Below are positions 48,437 to 60,034 of a DNA stretch of 64,000 nt, piece after piece (the first letter of the stretch is position 1; every line of letters starts with the position of its first letter). This stretch comes from Pseudovirgaria hyperparasitica. Taxonomy: Eukaryota. The stretch lies in the NCBI GenBank assembly GCA_010093815.1, contig ML996577.1. One strand, given 5' to 3'. The position numbers and the translations under genes are program-made. Under the pieces are notes generated by a model. That model worked only from the letters and a program-made list of their open reading frames with translations, had not been told where the DNA came from and did no database searches.

Positions 48437-51207
48437 ATGAACGGCCGTAATGACACTTTGTCTCCCGTCAGCATCGACAGTAATAGTAATAGCGAGTGGT
48501 CTCCCATCACCAAATACCAGAGCCTGAACGGAGCAGACAGCCCAGCATTCTCACCGGGCATTCCGTCTGCCGGCCGACCCCCTGTCATAACACCACCCCA
48601 AAGCGTGCACACAAGCGGTGCCTCCACCTCGGATGGGTCTTTGCCCAACGGAAGGCCACCCATGAGTACAGGAAATCCGTCCCCGCCCAGCTCGATCGCG
48701 CGCTCCAGCGATGGCACTGGTCTATATGCCGCCAGCGTGGCCGAAAGTCTATCGAGTCGCAAGCCGCTTATGCGAGAGGAGCACATGCATGAACACTATG
48801 TGGTTTTGAAAAGATATCTAGGCGCCTATCTTCGGGATGAGAAGGGCAATCCAAGGACAAACAAAGCAAGAGATAAACTGTTAAGGCTTTCACAGGCTCA
48901 ATTTCAAGAGCTTAGCACAGATGTCTACGACGAGTCCCAGCGACGAGAAGATGAACGAAGGCGAGGTGGTCGAGGTGCTCCCAATAACCCTGTCCCCCCG
49001 TATCTTCCCCCGAAAGGCAACTTCCATCCGAAGAGAAATCAGGCACGACAGAAGCTAGCTACCCTACCCCTGGAACGTTTTCAGCAGCTTGCTACCGATG
49101 TCTTCTATGAACTGGAGCGTAGGTTTCCACGCTTCGTCGGCGGAGACATGGATCGATCCGCCAGTCCTGCTCTAAGTGTCGCAAGTAATCGATCGCGTGG
49201 GCCTGGTAGAGGGCCACCACCTCCTGGAATGACCGGTCCACCTGGAGGTTATCGTGGAAGAGGCGGTCCTCCAGGTGGCCCAGGACGCGGAGGCCCACCC
49301 TTTCGCAATGGTCCGCCAGGTAGTCCTGCTTTAAGCGCTCCAGGAAATGATTATGGTCGCCCGCTACCGAAGACTTTCCAGCAGAATACCATCGTACCTA
49401 ACAAGAGTACTCTTGTCGAGGATGACGATGACCAGAGCGGTATGGACGATGATGATGATGACCAAGATGCCTTTGGTTTGGAAGGAGCAGCACGGCGGCA
49501 AAGTAATCGCAATACGAACAAAAGCCTTAGAGGATACAATGTATGTGATATGACACGTCTATTGAAATCATTCAATAACCTTGATTATAGGACAAACGAG
49601 TCACTCAGCTTCAGGACGAGGTCGCCCAGTTACAAGCTAAGATCGCCGACAAGGATGCCGAGTCTGAGAAGTTCCAGACCCTTGAGAAAGAAAAAGAAGA
49701 GGCAGCGTCCAGATCCGCTGAATTGGAGCGCAAATTGGAGGAAAACGAGGCTGCAGCCGAGTCAATGCGAGAGGAGCTTGAGAAACTTCGTCTCGAAAAC
49801 ACAACCATCGAACGTGAACTCCGGGCTCAGCTTGACGAAGCATTACAAGATGCTGGCTCCGAGGACTGGCAGGAACGTTACTCTCAGCTTGAAAAGCAAC
49901 TTGAAGATCAAGAACGTCTAACAGAGGACGTTCGCCAATCAGCGACAGACTCTCTCAGAGAGATGCGAGACATATCGATCCGCAGCGAACAAGCTATCGC
50001 GAGAGAGGAATCTTTAGGGCGCCGAGTCACTCAACTGGAATCCGAACTGAAAGACTGGAAATCACGATACGCGCGTGCCAAAACTCAATTACGTGCTTCA
50101 CGATCCTCATCAATAGGTCTTCCCATCCTTTCTCCGAATGCCGCAAAATTCGCGCGCGATCAGAACTTCATCCAAGCGGACGGTATGGTCAAAGACGTTT
50201 ATCTTGCCAAGTTTCAGATGAGCATTGATGAACTCCTTCAAACCGCCCGTGCTGTAGATGCCGAAGCTACAATAGGCAGTATGAAGAGTGTTGTTTTCGC
50301 TGTGCGAAACATTACAACGGCTGTCGATACTACGGATCCCGAACGTGCTAATAGGGCCGACACAAAACAGCTCATAAAACTCAAGTCTCGTGTTTCTGCC
50401 ACCGCAAACAATATTATAACTGCATCGAAGAATCACGTATCGGCGGCTGGCTTGGCACCCGTCTCCCTCCTAGATGCGGCAGCTTCCCATCTGTCAACAG
50501 CAGTTATCGAACTCGTGCGTTTAGCCAAAATCTGCCCGACCGCGCCTGAAGAGCTTGAGGAGGAGGACGCATTCGCAGAAAAACCCTTACCACCGCCAAA
50601 GACGTTTTCAGGCCTGCCAAACAACTATGCCCACATACGGAACAGCCCGAGGGGCAGTGGAGATTCGACTGGTCTTTCAGGCTACAGTGCAACAAGCTCA
50701 CCACGACAAATCAGCGGAACCTGGGCTTCTCGACGATCTGATGCCTTTGCAAGTGCAACTGTCAATGGAATCCCAAGTGTGCGGACGAACGGCCTCGCGG
50801 AGTTCAAGAACTACTTGGATGATCAAACAGCGGTGCTCGTTCACAGCATCCAGCCGTTGGTTCACAGCATTAGATCCAAGCCCTCGAACATGCCTCTGAC
50901 TACAGATGAAGAAGAAGCCATCATCGATCACGTTAACAATATAAGCCGCAATGTCATAGATACTGCAGCAAGGACGCACCGCACAATGGAGACTTCCAAC
51001 AACGCAGCTCTATCCAAGCATGCCCCTCCTGTAATCAACGTACTCGAAGATTGCAAAGATCTTCTCTTGGATGCCGAGGGCCAGAGAGAGAAAATTCCTC
51101 CACTAGCCTTCAAGATCGCGAGAGCGATGAAAGAACTCGTACTCAGAGTCGAGCGCATTGAGAGTGGTGAGGTCACGGCCGACCAAACACTGACAACTGA
51201 CTTCTAA
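48437..51207 (+). CDS. SPA2: Polarisome scaffold Spa2 homolog; intron 49541-49590
   Basis: Two SHD/GIT repeats (ARDKLLRLS..QFQELSTDVYDE; RNQARQKLATL..RF..LATDVFYELERR), coiled coil, C-terminal FKIARAMKELV. Confidence 0.92.
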
Positions 51208-51973
51208 TTCTCCACTCATAATACCGTGGCTTTGTTTTCTGACTTGGGATGAGCCTTCAGCTTCATTCGGCGCTTTTGGATACCGCCAGAGTACGGAAAA
51301 CTTTTTCTTTCTTCGCACAAATGGTGTTGGCATTGTTAAAAGCAGGGTTCACGTCACGACCCCTTGTACCTACCCTTCGTTCATCATGGTACAGTCCCAT
51401 GTGTTTCGGGGAATCGGTCCAGTCCTTTCGCGGAGTTCTTTAACGATGCTACGTTATGCTGTCTACGGTTGCTTATATTTGAAGCTGGGTTTGATATAAT
51501 TTCTATTACTAGAGGGAAGAGCCTATGAGCGGGTCACAGACAGATCAGCCTTCCTTGTATATAGGTGAAAACTTCCATACAACAGAGTGGTCGTTGACTG
51601 TCAAGAATATTTCATTTATCGTTCATTTTGTCCAGTGCGTGCTAGACCGATGAATATAGACATTTATAAGGTGGTGGCGAGACGTTGAATGTCGCCGCAT
51701 TTCAATCATTCAGAAAATTGACATTCCTTGAACCTCAGGTGACTAATATAGGCTGTAGAGATTTTTTATTCTGTATGCCAGGACCGTTGCACGATGATGG
51801 TACGAGTGGATTGAGACCAGGGCGCTAGCTAGCGCGACTCGGCGTGAACTTCTCGCTTATTATGTCAGCAATCTTCGCACACCACCAGGAAATCCCACTT
51901 GGAGGCTCTAACAACATCACGACCAACGACAATCCCACGATCCTCAAAATCTACGTACCCAACAACCGACAAA

Positions 51974-52639
51974 ATGGGTGGAGTCAGTGTTAGAGATGTC
52001 GAGGTACATATCTGCTCTTCGCCTTGGATACTCCAGGTTCATGGAAGATTCGCTAACTTCTCTTTTCCCTCTAGGCGCAAAAGTTCATCAATGCCTACGC
52101 CGCCTTCCTGAAGCGCCAGGGAAAGCTCCCCATCCCAGGTTCGTGAGAGACATAAACTCAATCTGAATCCCGTCATGGGGGGATGAATGCACATCGCGAC
52201 GCTCAGCTCGCTGACTTGCCATCTACAGGTTGGGTCGACACGGTCAAGACTTCGCACGCCAAGGAGCTACCGCCCCAGGACATTGACTGGTTCTACATCC
52301 GCGCCGCTGCTGTCGCTCGTCACGTCTACCTCCGCAAGACCGTTGGCGTTGGCCGGTTACGCAAGGTCCACGGTGGCACCAAGAACCGCGGCTCGCGCCC
52401 CTCGCACCACGTCGATGCGTCCGGCAACGTCGACCGCAAGATCATGCAGGCACTTGAGAAGATTGGCGTGTTGGAGCAGGACGAGGACAAGGGTGGCCGA
52501 AGAATCACACAGTCTGGAAGCCGTGATTTGGACCGTATGTCAAGTTTAGAACGGCGTATGGGATTGGATGCTAACATGAGATATAGGTATCGCTATGACT
52601 ACGCTGGAGGCCGACGAGGAAGAAGACGACGACGAGTAG
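51974..52639 (+). CDS. RPS19: 40S ribosomal protein eS19; exons ~51974-52003, 52075-52138, 52230-52534, 52587-52639
   Basis: MGGVSVRDV..FLKRQGKLPIPGWVDTVKTS.AKELPPQDIDWFY..GGRRITQSG.RDLDRIA. Confidence 0.97.
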
Positions 52640-52891
52640 ACGATCTCTTGTGCGGTTGGCTTAGCATGATTCTCATACGGTGTCTGGCATAGGGTTTACG
52701 GCGCCGATTAATGGCACGAAAATGTGACACTACATATGCACTTATAGTAGAAATGCATACCCTTGAATTAACTACCGTGCATCTCCTTTTTGTGACCCTT
52801 CATACGTGAGTATACCTGCTTTAGTCGACCCAACATGGCCGCAATTCCAGGCCCGGGATCTGAACAGGAACCAAAAGTGTACTAAATATAA

Positions 52892-52903
52892 TATCACGTG
52901 ATA
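52892..52903. promoter_or_regulatory. Palindromic E-box TATCACGTGATA (bHLH-type site)
   Basis: 12-bp perfect palindrome ~130 bp upstream of the ATG at 53036. Confidence 0.4.
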
Positions 52904-53035
52904 CCGCGCCCTGCACTCAATTCCCTGTTTACACCCACGCGCCAAACGCGCACACCCCACTCAGACTTCACCACCAAGCCATCTCCACCGCGCAGCACGC
53001 CCCGGAGAAAGAACTCCCCTTACCCTCCTCACTTA

Positions 53036-54703
53036 ATGGACGCGCCGAAAACCAAACAAACCCTCAAGCAAGCCAAAGCCGCCTACAAAGCCCACGGGCC
53101 ACGCATCTCATCACACGAAGCACGCCTCGCCGAGCGCAATGCCGAGCTCGAGGCGCGCGCACAGCGGATCCGCGAGGCGGAGCGAAGGCGCAGGGTGCTG
53201 GGCAGGCAGCGGGCGGAGAAGGAGAGGCGGGAGAGGGAGTTGCGGGAGCGGGAGGGGGTGGGGCTGGCGACGCAGTTGGTTGGGTTTAGTCATTCGCAGC
53301 GGGCGATGAAGAGTGGGATGGAGGGGTGGGTTCGGAGGGGGGGTGGTGGTGGTGGTGGTGATGGTGGTGATGATGGGTGTAAGAGGGAGAGTGGGAGTGG
53401 GAGTGGGAGTGGGAGTAAGAGTGAGGGTGAGAAAAAGGGACGTGGCGAGGAGGAAGAGGAAGAGGAGGATGAGATCTTTGTTGGGATTGTGACTGGTGAT
53501 ACTGCCGATGGGAAAGAGAGAGGAGTGGGGTCGCATAGTGGAGCTGAAGCTGAAGCGCAGGCGCAACGCAAAGATGGAGATCAAGATGAAGACGACGACA
53601 TATTTGCTGAGATCGAGACTGAAGGCGCGCATAGTACGGCGAGGCAGAAGGGTAAAAGCTGTCCTGTCGCGAAGGACCCTTGGAGCGAGGACGACTTGGA
53701 TGAGGAGTCATTGTTGAGTATTGCGGTTACACCAAGGCATAAGCCTCAATCTTCGATGATCGCTCCGCCGACGGAGCCTCTTGACCAAGTCAGGCCTCCG
53801 GGTAGCGATCTTGGAAGCGAGGAGCAGAGAGAGAAGTGTATCCCGGTAATACAGCCTGCATTGGATCACATCACAGCAAAGAATGCGAACGGAAAGAGAC
53901 CACGGGCGCCAGCGCCAGTACGATCTCCCTCACCCAGAGAACCAAGCAAGGACCTTCCACCGCGCATGTCAGATGCTCCCAAGCCAATCGAAATCAAAAC
54001 CCACAAAGACCACCCAAACAAGATAATATCCGAAACGACACGAGCCATCGCAGACAACCCTGTGCGCAAGACCATGCTAGACAGAGCCATACGCAAACCC
54101 AAGCCACCACCCAACAAGACAGACTGGAAGCCGCCAAACGCATCCACAGGAGGCGTACCGTTCATAAAAGCCAGCGTGTACCAAAAGATACCTCAGCGGG
54201 ACGAATGGGATGACTTTCTGGACAGCAGCACGCAGATTGCTCGCGAACTGTCTGGTCCGAAACAGGCAGCGAAACCAGCTGAGATACCGCTCGACGTGTT
54301 CATCTGCACGCAGGATCTCAATCTGTCACTGAATGATTTGGAGGAGCTTGGTGTGCCTCATGCTCCAAGCTTCTCGAGAGAAGATGCACTGTTCAAAGCG
54401 AAGACAGTCTCGGCGCCGGCACCTCCGGCAGAGAAAACAGTTGTAAGTACAGGGGATGGGACTGCTCGTCTCGGCCTTCAGAAAGCACAACTGCCTGCCC
54501 GGAATGTGAAGCCACCCGTCTCCAATCCGAACATGCTGCCTCCCCCACGGCCACCTCCGAAGACTGTTGTTGAGGCGCCGAGAATACAGGCGGTGCCGGT
54601 GATGCAGGCTGGACGATGTCCTGCGTTGAAGGACGATTTTGGATTCTCCACGCAGGATATGCGATCGTTTGTGGATGATGATATCACGCTGTCCCCTGAT
54701 TGA
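53036..54703 (+). CDS. Hypothetical low-complexity protein (charged helical N-terminus, acidic TQ motifs)
   Basis: Long ORF; first ATG at 53036 (MDAPKTK). Confidence 0.75.
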   Translation: MDAPKTKQTLKQAKAAYKAHGPRISSHEARLAERNAELEARAQRIREAERRRRVLGRQRAEKERRERELREREGVGLATQLVGFSHSQRAMKSGMEGWVRRGGGGGGGDGGDDGCKRESGSGSGSGSKSEGEKKGRGEEEEEEEDEIFVGIVTGDTADGKERGVGSHSGAEAEAQAQRKDGDQDEDDDIFAEIETEGAHSTARQKGKSCPVAKDPWSEDDLDEESLLSIAVTPRHKPQSSMIAPPTEPLDQVRPPGSDLGSEEQREKCIPVIQPALDHITAKNANGKRPRAPAPVRSPSPREPSKDLPPRMSDAPKPIEIKTHKDHPNKIISETTRAIADNPVRKTMLDRAIRKPKPPPNKTDWKPPNASTGGVPFIKASVYQKIPQRDEWDDFLDSSTQIARELSGPKQAAKPAEIPLDVFICTQDLNLSLNDLEELGVPHAPSFSREDALFKAKTVSAPAPPAEKTVVSTGDGTARLGLQKAQLPARNVKPPVSNPNMLPPPRPPPKTVVEAPRIQAVPVMQAGRCPALKDDFGFSTQDMRSFVDDDITLSPD

Positions 54704-54861
54704 AAGATGTGAGGTTATTGGATCAGTCGAGTATGTCAGTATATACCCCTTGGTTTTTGGCGCTCCTGTGTGTTGCTTTTGGATAGACGTCCGCAATCTA
54801 CTCAGATGATCGGTTTCGACTGCACAGGTCTTTCTATTGTAGCTTTGGTCTAAGACAGTCC

Positions 54862-56106
54862 TCATAACTGTTGGGTATCTATTGCATCGTTTGCAGCCTG
54901 ATCTTCTCCTTCTTCTTCTTCTTCCTCTTCATCGAGGTCTTCCAACGGGTACGTCAGTATCGCGGCAATGTTCCCTAGACTCTCCAGCCTCTTCCCGCTC
55001 TCGTGCATGCTGCTCAGTTTCCGCACCTCACCGCCTCCACTTGCTACCCGATCTACCAAGGAGACCCATCTCTTCCTCTCAGCAACGTTATTCGCCCGGA
55101 AAAGGGTGTCGTTAATCAGTAAGATACCACCACCGCTTCCCACCGCGCCTTGATCCACAGCCCTTTCAATCTCCCTGGGCCCATACCACGCCCGTCCGTC
55201 ATCCAGCCGCAGCATAGTGAAGAACTTATCCATCAGCCCCGTCTCCCGAGCAAACTTTGTATCCGCAAGCCTCGTCTTGATCGCCGGACTAGCAAGAACC
55301 TCGTTCAGCGCATGCAGATGCCCACTGCTCGCATACGTCACAATCACATTCTTCTGCAGCAGCTGCAGCAACGGCCTATTCCCCGTCCGCACCGCCTGCT
55401 TCTTCATATACCCCTGAAACGAACTCGCCACGAACCCGGGACTAGCAAGCAGCAACGGCGTCCCCGCCGCCGACACAGACAGATCAATATACCGCAGCAA
55501 CGTACCCAGCAACATCTCAAAGAACCGCTCCATCCCCTTCTCACTCTCCCCAGCAGCCCCACCCACCCGCTTCCGCGGCACACTAACCTCCACACTCGCC
55601 TTCACCACCGTCTGATGCTCAGTAATATGACAAATCTGCGCCTTGCCCTCCTGCATCACAACAGCCCACACCACAGCCTTGTGCGCACTCTCCGTGCTCT
55701 CCGCCAGAATCTGCCGCGCGACACTGTCCCAGCCGCCACCACCCGGCTTGCTGAGCGTGAACGCGCGCTGCAGCTCCAGGTCGAGCGTGTGGTGGCTGCC
55801 CAGCGGCACGTGCTCGTTCTCCTCGACGACTTGGCCGTTGACGTGCAGCTGTGCGGCCGCGGGGTCAAAGTCGATGCTGCGCACGCGGATCGTGAGTGTG
55901 ATGTGGACGCGCTTGTTGCGGCTGCTGCCGTTGTTGTCGTCGTTGCTGTTGCCGGCTGAGAGGTTGACTTTGCGGATGGCGGATGCGCGGAGCAAGTCGG
56001 ACGGTTGGATGAGGTTGTAGCAGTGCCACATGTCTTCTGGGTCTTCGGGGATGAGGGTTGCGTAGGGGGCGTCGCGCGCGTTGAGGTCTTTTTTCGGGTT
56101 GCGCAT
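54862..56106 (-). CDS. DOM34: Pelota/Dom34 ribosome rescue factor (eRF1 family)
   Basis: PEDPEDMWH.YNLI, G.HHTLDLEL, VVMQEG.A.IC, LLASPGF, RAWYG, SSMHESG.RL..LG.IAAILTYP. Confidence 0.96.
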   Translation of the reverse strand: MRNPKKDLNARDAPYATLIPEDPEDMWHCYNLIQPSDLLRASAIRKVNLSAGNSNDDNNGSSRNKRVHITLTIRVRSIDFDPAAAQLHVNGQVVEENEHVPLGSHHTLDLELQRAFTLSKPGGGGWDSVARQILAESTESAHKAVVWAVVMQEGKAQICHITEHQTVVKASVEVSVPRKRVGGAAGESEKGMERFFEMLLGTLLRYIDLSVSAAGTPLLLASPGFVASSFQGYMKKQAVRTGNRPLLQLLQKNVIVTYASSGHLHALNEVLASPAIKTRLADTKFARETGLMDKFFTMLRLDDGRAWYGPREIERAVDQGAVGSGGGILLINDTLFRANNVAERKRWVSLVDRVASGGGEVRKLSSMHESGKRLESLGNIAAILTYPLEDLDEEEEEEEGEDQAANDAIDTQQL

Positions 56107-56917
56107 CGTGCTTGTCGTTGGGAGGAGGAGGAGGTGTGGTTTTTTTTGGCGGGGGTTGATGAAGTTGGGGTTCTGTCGTGTGTGTAGGAGGAGAAGGAGG
56201 GTCGACGATGGTGGAATTTGGACGTGGGATAGACGTAGTTTATAGGTAGACGTGTATGTGAGGGAGACGAAATATAGGAAGAATGAATGTAGGTATGGGT
56301 AGATAATTTAGAAGTCGTCTATCGGTTCATTACATCAGAGCTTAGGGTGCTTGTGAATGGTGGGGTTTGGTGGGGCACTTCTTTTTCAACGACAGCTTAT
56401 CTACATCCATAGATTTGCGAGATAAAAAGCATCGTCTTCTCTGATATGAAGGTAGTCCCACTCCTCGTATATCTTGATTTGTATCTGATGTGCTTCGAAG
56501 ACGGCTGCATAAAGTAGGATGCATACTATTTCCATCACTGTTAGACAGCATCGGAGGACTACAGCACAACCCAAGACCGGAGAAGTGCCATGTACATGAC
56601 TGAAGGGCTTCGTGGCAATAAAAAAAATCCTCTCTTGGAAGGACTTGTCGGCTGACTGTTGAACCAATCAGTCCGTAGCTTTCGGAATGTCGCATTCCTG
56701 CCATGCACTTTTATTAAGACATGTTGATATTCATGATTGGAGTTTTAACGCGGATATCTACCGAATCTCATCGTACACACGCCCAACTATACTGTTCCAA
56801 CAACTCGTTATAGAACATCTCTCTTTCATGTCATTGCGCCAACCATCTATGTGTCATGAGTCGAAAAGTGAACGCTGACTCGAAGTTCTAAGCAAGTCAT
56901 CTTTGATTCTTAACATC

Positions 56918-59335
56918 TCATTCGCTTATACGCCAAGTCGAGAACCATTTAAGGTGCGCCCACTGCTTGTGGCTACCTTCCATACCAAAGCTGATCGCTC
57001 TGAAGAGCCAGAACAGTCCGATGACTGCGGCATAGAGGACGGCGTAGATCCCCCACTGTATCTGCTTATTCAGGCGGCTCGTCGTCCAGTCTGTCACGAA
57101 ACCAGCCGAGAGAATAGCAAAATACAGCGCTGGGTAGTAGTGATGTACATACGTGACACGTGCCATGGCGATGAACGGGAAGTAGTGCAAGAACCAGCCG
57201 ATGACTGGGTAGATACCGGAGTAATGGATGTGGTCGATGTCATATTGCTTGAGGTCGTTGTAGCCTCGTTGCCAGCGGACAAGATACCAGGCGACGAGAA
57301 GCACAGTGGCACCTAGAGACGCGGTACTACCCCAGTACACCAGTGGGTTACCAAGAAGGAAGTATTTGACGATCTTGTCATCCCAGCCACACATGCGGAG
57401 ACCGACGTTGAGGATAGGCCATTGCCAGAATTGGGAAGCCAGGTCGTCCTGTTTGTCCGGGTCTGGAACGAGCGCATTGTTAGATGTCATCATAGCCACA
57501 TTAAGGTGGATGAAGTCCTGGAGGAAAGGGGACTTGTAAGAGCCAGGATCACCCTTCGGAACTTTTTAATGTTAGCATCCCCAATAATAGAAAGGATCGG
57601 TCGACTTACGCTTTTCATTTGTGTGGCTCTCGACATTCCAATGAGTATATACGTCACGTGGCTTGTTCTGCTTGACACAAGTTGTTTCAATCTGCTTGAA
57701 ACCCCATTGTGGTAGGTTCACGTTGCCAGCGCGGAGATAGCACCCCAAGTCTGCATGCTTCAATCGGAAAGAGGTGGTCAGAGTGCGAAGCCTCGAACGA
57801 TCGCTTGATGCAGCGTCACGTACGACCTCGATAATCCAGTGATCTTTAGTGTCGCCAACTGTAGTATTGCCATAGCAAGAGACCTCCCAATCGGCTTTGG
57901 TGACTGGCGCAGCAATAGCATGAGAATGAAGGTTACGGCCAGTCTGAGCATGAATGAGGCGGATAGTGTCCTTGTCTCCAGGAAAGCGAAGTTCGCCTTC
58001 AGGGTTGTAATCAGGTTGTGCGCGGTTAGGATAGACAAACCAGTCGTTGTTTGCATCTTTGTGGTGGTAGCAAGTGATCTGCTGCTGCTGAGAACCCTCT
58101 GGGAAAGTCTGATGATGGGAATGAAGAAGTCCACCACCGTAACCCATGTTTTTCAATGTGACCCTCGAACCAATGGCGACCTCCAAGGGGCTGTCTTTAC
58201 CAACCTCGGTGCCGCGCAAATTCGCCTGGAACAATGAACTCATCTGAGCGTCCCCAGGTCCACTGTTCTCAAGGATCAGGAAATGGATCCAGAAAGAGAA
58301 CATGTACACCATGAGTGGAATAAAAATCAAGCCGAAGACTCTAAATCCGAGATGAGCTCCGAGTTCAGCCTGTGATATCGATTAGCGAGGAGAGAACGGA
58401 ATGGACTGGCAGCCATACCTTGGGCATCTTGAGGTCTCCAAACTTGTTCCATAAATCCTCTGCTGTATAAAGGCCAACCATGGCAGTCACGAAGAATCCA
58501 ACCCACTTGACAGAGCAAACACATCCGATAGACACACCGCACAGCATCAACCAAAGTCCCCACTCAGGCGAGAAGGGGTCAATCTGCCACCTATGGAATT
58601 TGGACCAACAGAATACCGTCGTGAACGTAAAGAACAAAAGCATAGAGTCAAGGAGGATGAAGCGGCTGATCGTGGTGTATGAGTTCTCGAATAGAACCAT
58701 CATGGTAACAAGCCATACAGTGTTCCTCCGCAAGTTTAATTCTTTCGCCGTGAAGTAAGCCAGTGGGACGCACAGGGCTCCGAATGTGGCATTAAATGCG
58801 CGCATAAAGGTATAGTTGAGTTCTTCAGGATACGTCTCGCCGGATTTGAATTCGAAAGAACCATTGTAACCAGCCATGTAGCCCGAGAGACCGACGAGCA
58901 TTTTTCCCAGAGGCGGATGGACATCGAAGTAGAACTCGCGCTTCAGGTAATGGGACCCGAATTTACCAAAACTGTATTGGCTCAATTAGGGATCGCCTTC
59001 TAACCGCCAACTTCTGTCATACGTACTGTGCTTCATCCCAGGTCACAATCGGCGAGAGACCAATCTTCCACAAGCGGGTGAAGAATGCGAGCGCCGTGAA
59101 TATGATGGGCGCAATTATAAATTCATAATCATCGAGGATCGAGAGGAAAGTTGTTGCCTGCACGCCGACTTGTTAGTAGATCGCCTATATGTGTAACGTG
59201 TTGCTTCAGGAGATTCCGAACCTTCTGCTTCGACTTTTCTTCTGCGTCGCGCGGCCTCGCGATTTGCGAGGCCGGCTCAGGGACTCTCCTTCGCAGCCCA
59301 TCTGCTTGAAGGTCGGCACCAGTTCTGGATGCCAT
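56918..59335 (-). CDS. PMT2: Dolichyl-phosphate-mannose:protein O-mannosyltransferase, PMT2 subfamily (multi-exon)
   Basis: [42 protein letters not shown] domains, [18 protein letters not shown]. Confidence 0.93.
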
Positions 59336-60034
59336 GTTTGGTAGCGAAACTTTGATAGGGGCGTCAAATGCGCAGCCTTGGTAGGAGGTTGGTCCTTGCG
59401 GACTGGATATGGGGGCTCAATTAGCCTGCGAGAGCAAGGTAAGGAGAACCACAACAAGGAAGGGAAAGAATTAAACTGCGATATAGAGCAGAAAGAGAAG
59501 AAAGAACGAAGTGGGTGTCTCCAAGTGCGTGGAGAGAGGTTGGCAATGAATTATTCCAGCTGACACTAGCGGACACGAATACATCTACGATAGATTTGAG
59601 GACGCGCAGGTCGCTCCAGCCCGCCGCCCTAGTTAGCCCCACTTTCAACCGCGATGTTCAGGGGATTGCTGGGAGTACAGAACGACGTTAAGTCGCTGCG
59701 CAACTAGCCATAATTCTGAATTAAAAAACATGTACCACATCCATGTTGCAATTTAAATAGACCAGATTCGGGGACTGCACATGTATTACCGGTATAATAC
59801 CATTATGATTATTCAGTAGGAAATAACGACAGCCTGAAGATATGTACATATCTTCCAAGCTGTGAAATGGGTTTGTCGTCTGATGAATTATTATACAGGC
59901 TACCTGCTGGAGCCACTCTATAGAGATTGATCTCAACTCACGGTATCATATCAATAGACATCGCCGTGGAGAGAATGTGCCGTGACGTAAGGAGAAAATG
60001 CTTTGCGCCCGCTTGTCTAGATGATCGTTATCAC

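Noticed and set aside
52139..52229. RPS19 intron as snoRNA host
   Set aside because: No convincing C/D pair with guide; limited space
55150..55959. 269-aa Pro/His/Arg-rich ORF and strong strand skew
   Set aside because: Antisense to DOM34; explained by G/T-biased codon usage
51974..56106. RPS19 near DOM34 as a ribosome-related cluster
   Set aside because: Separated by an unrelated gene; chance proximity is sufficient
56342..56704. Short ORFs between DOM34 and PMT2
   Set aside because: No family motifs; likely promoter or UTR sequence
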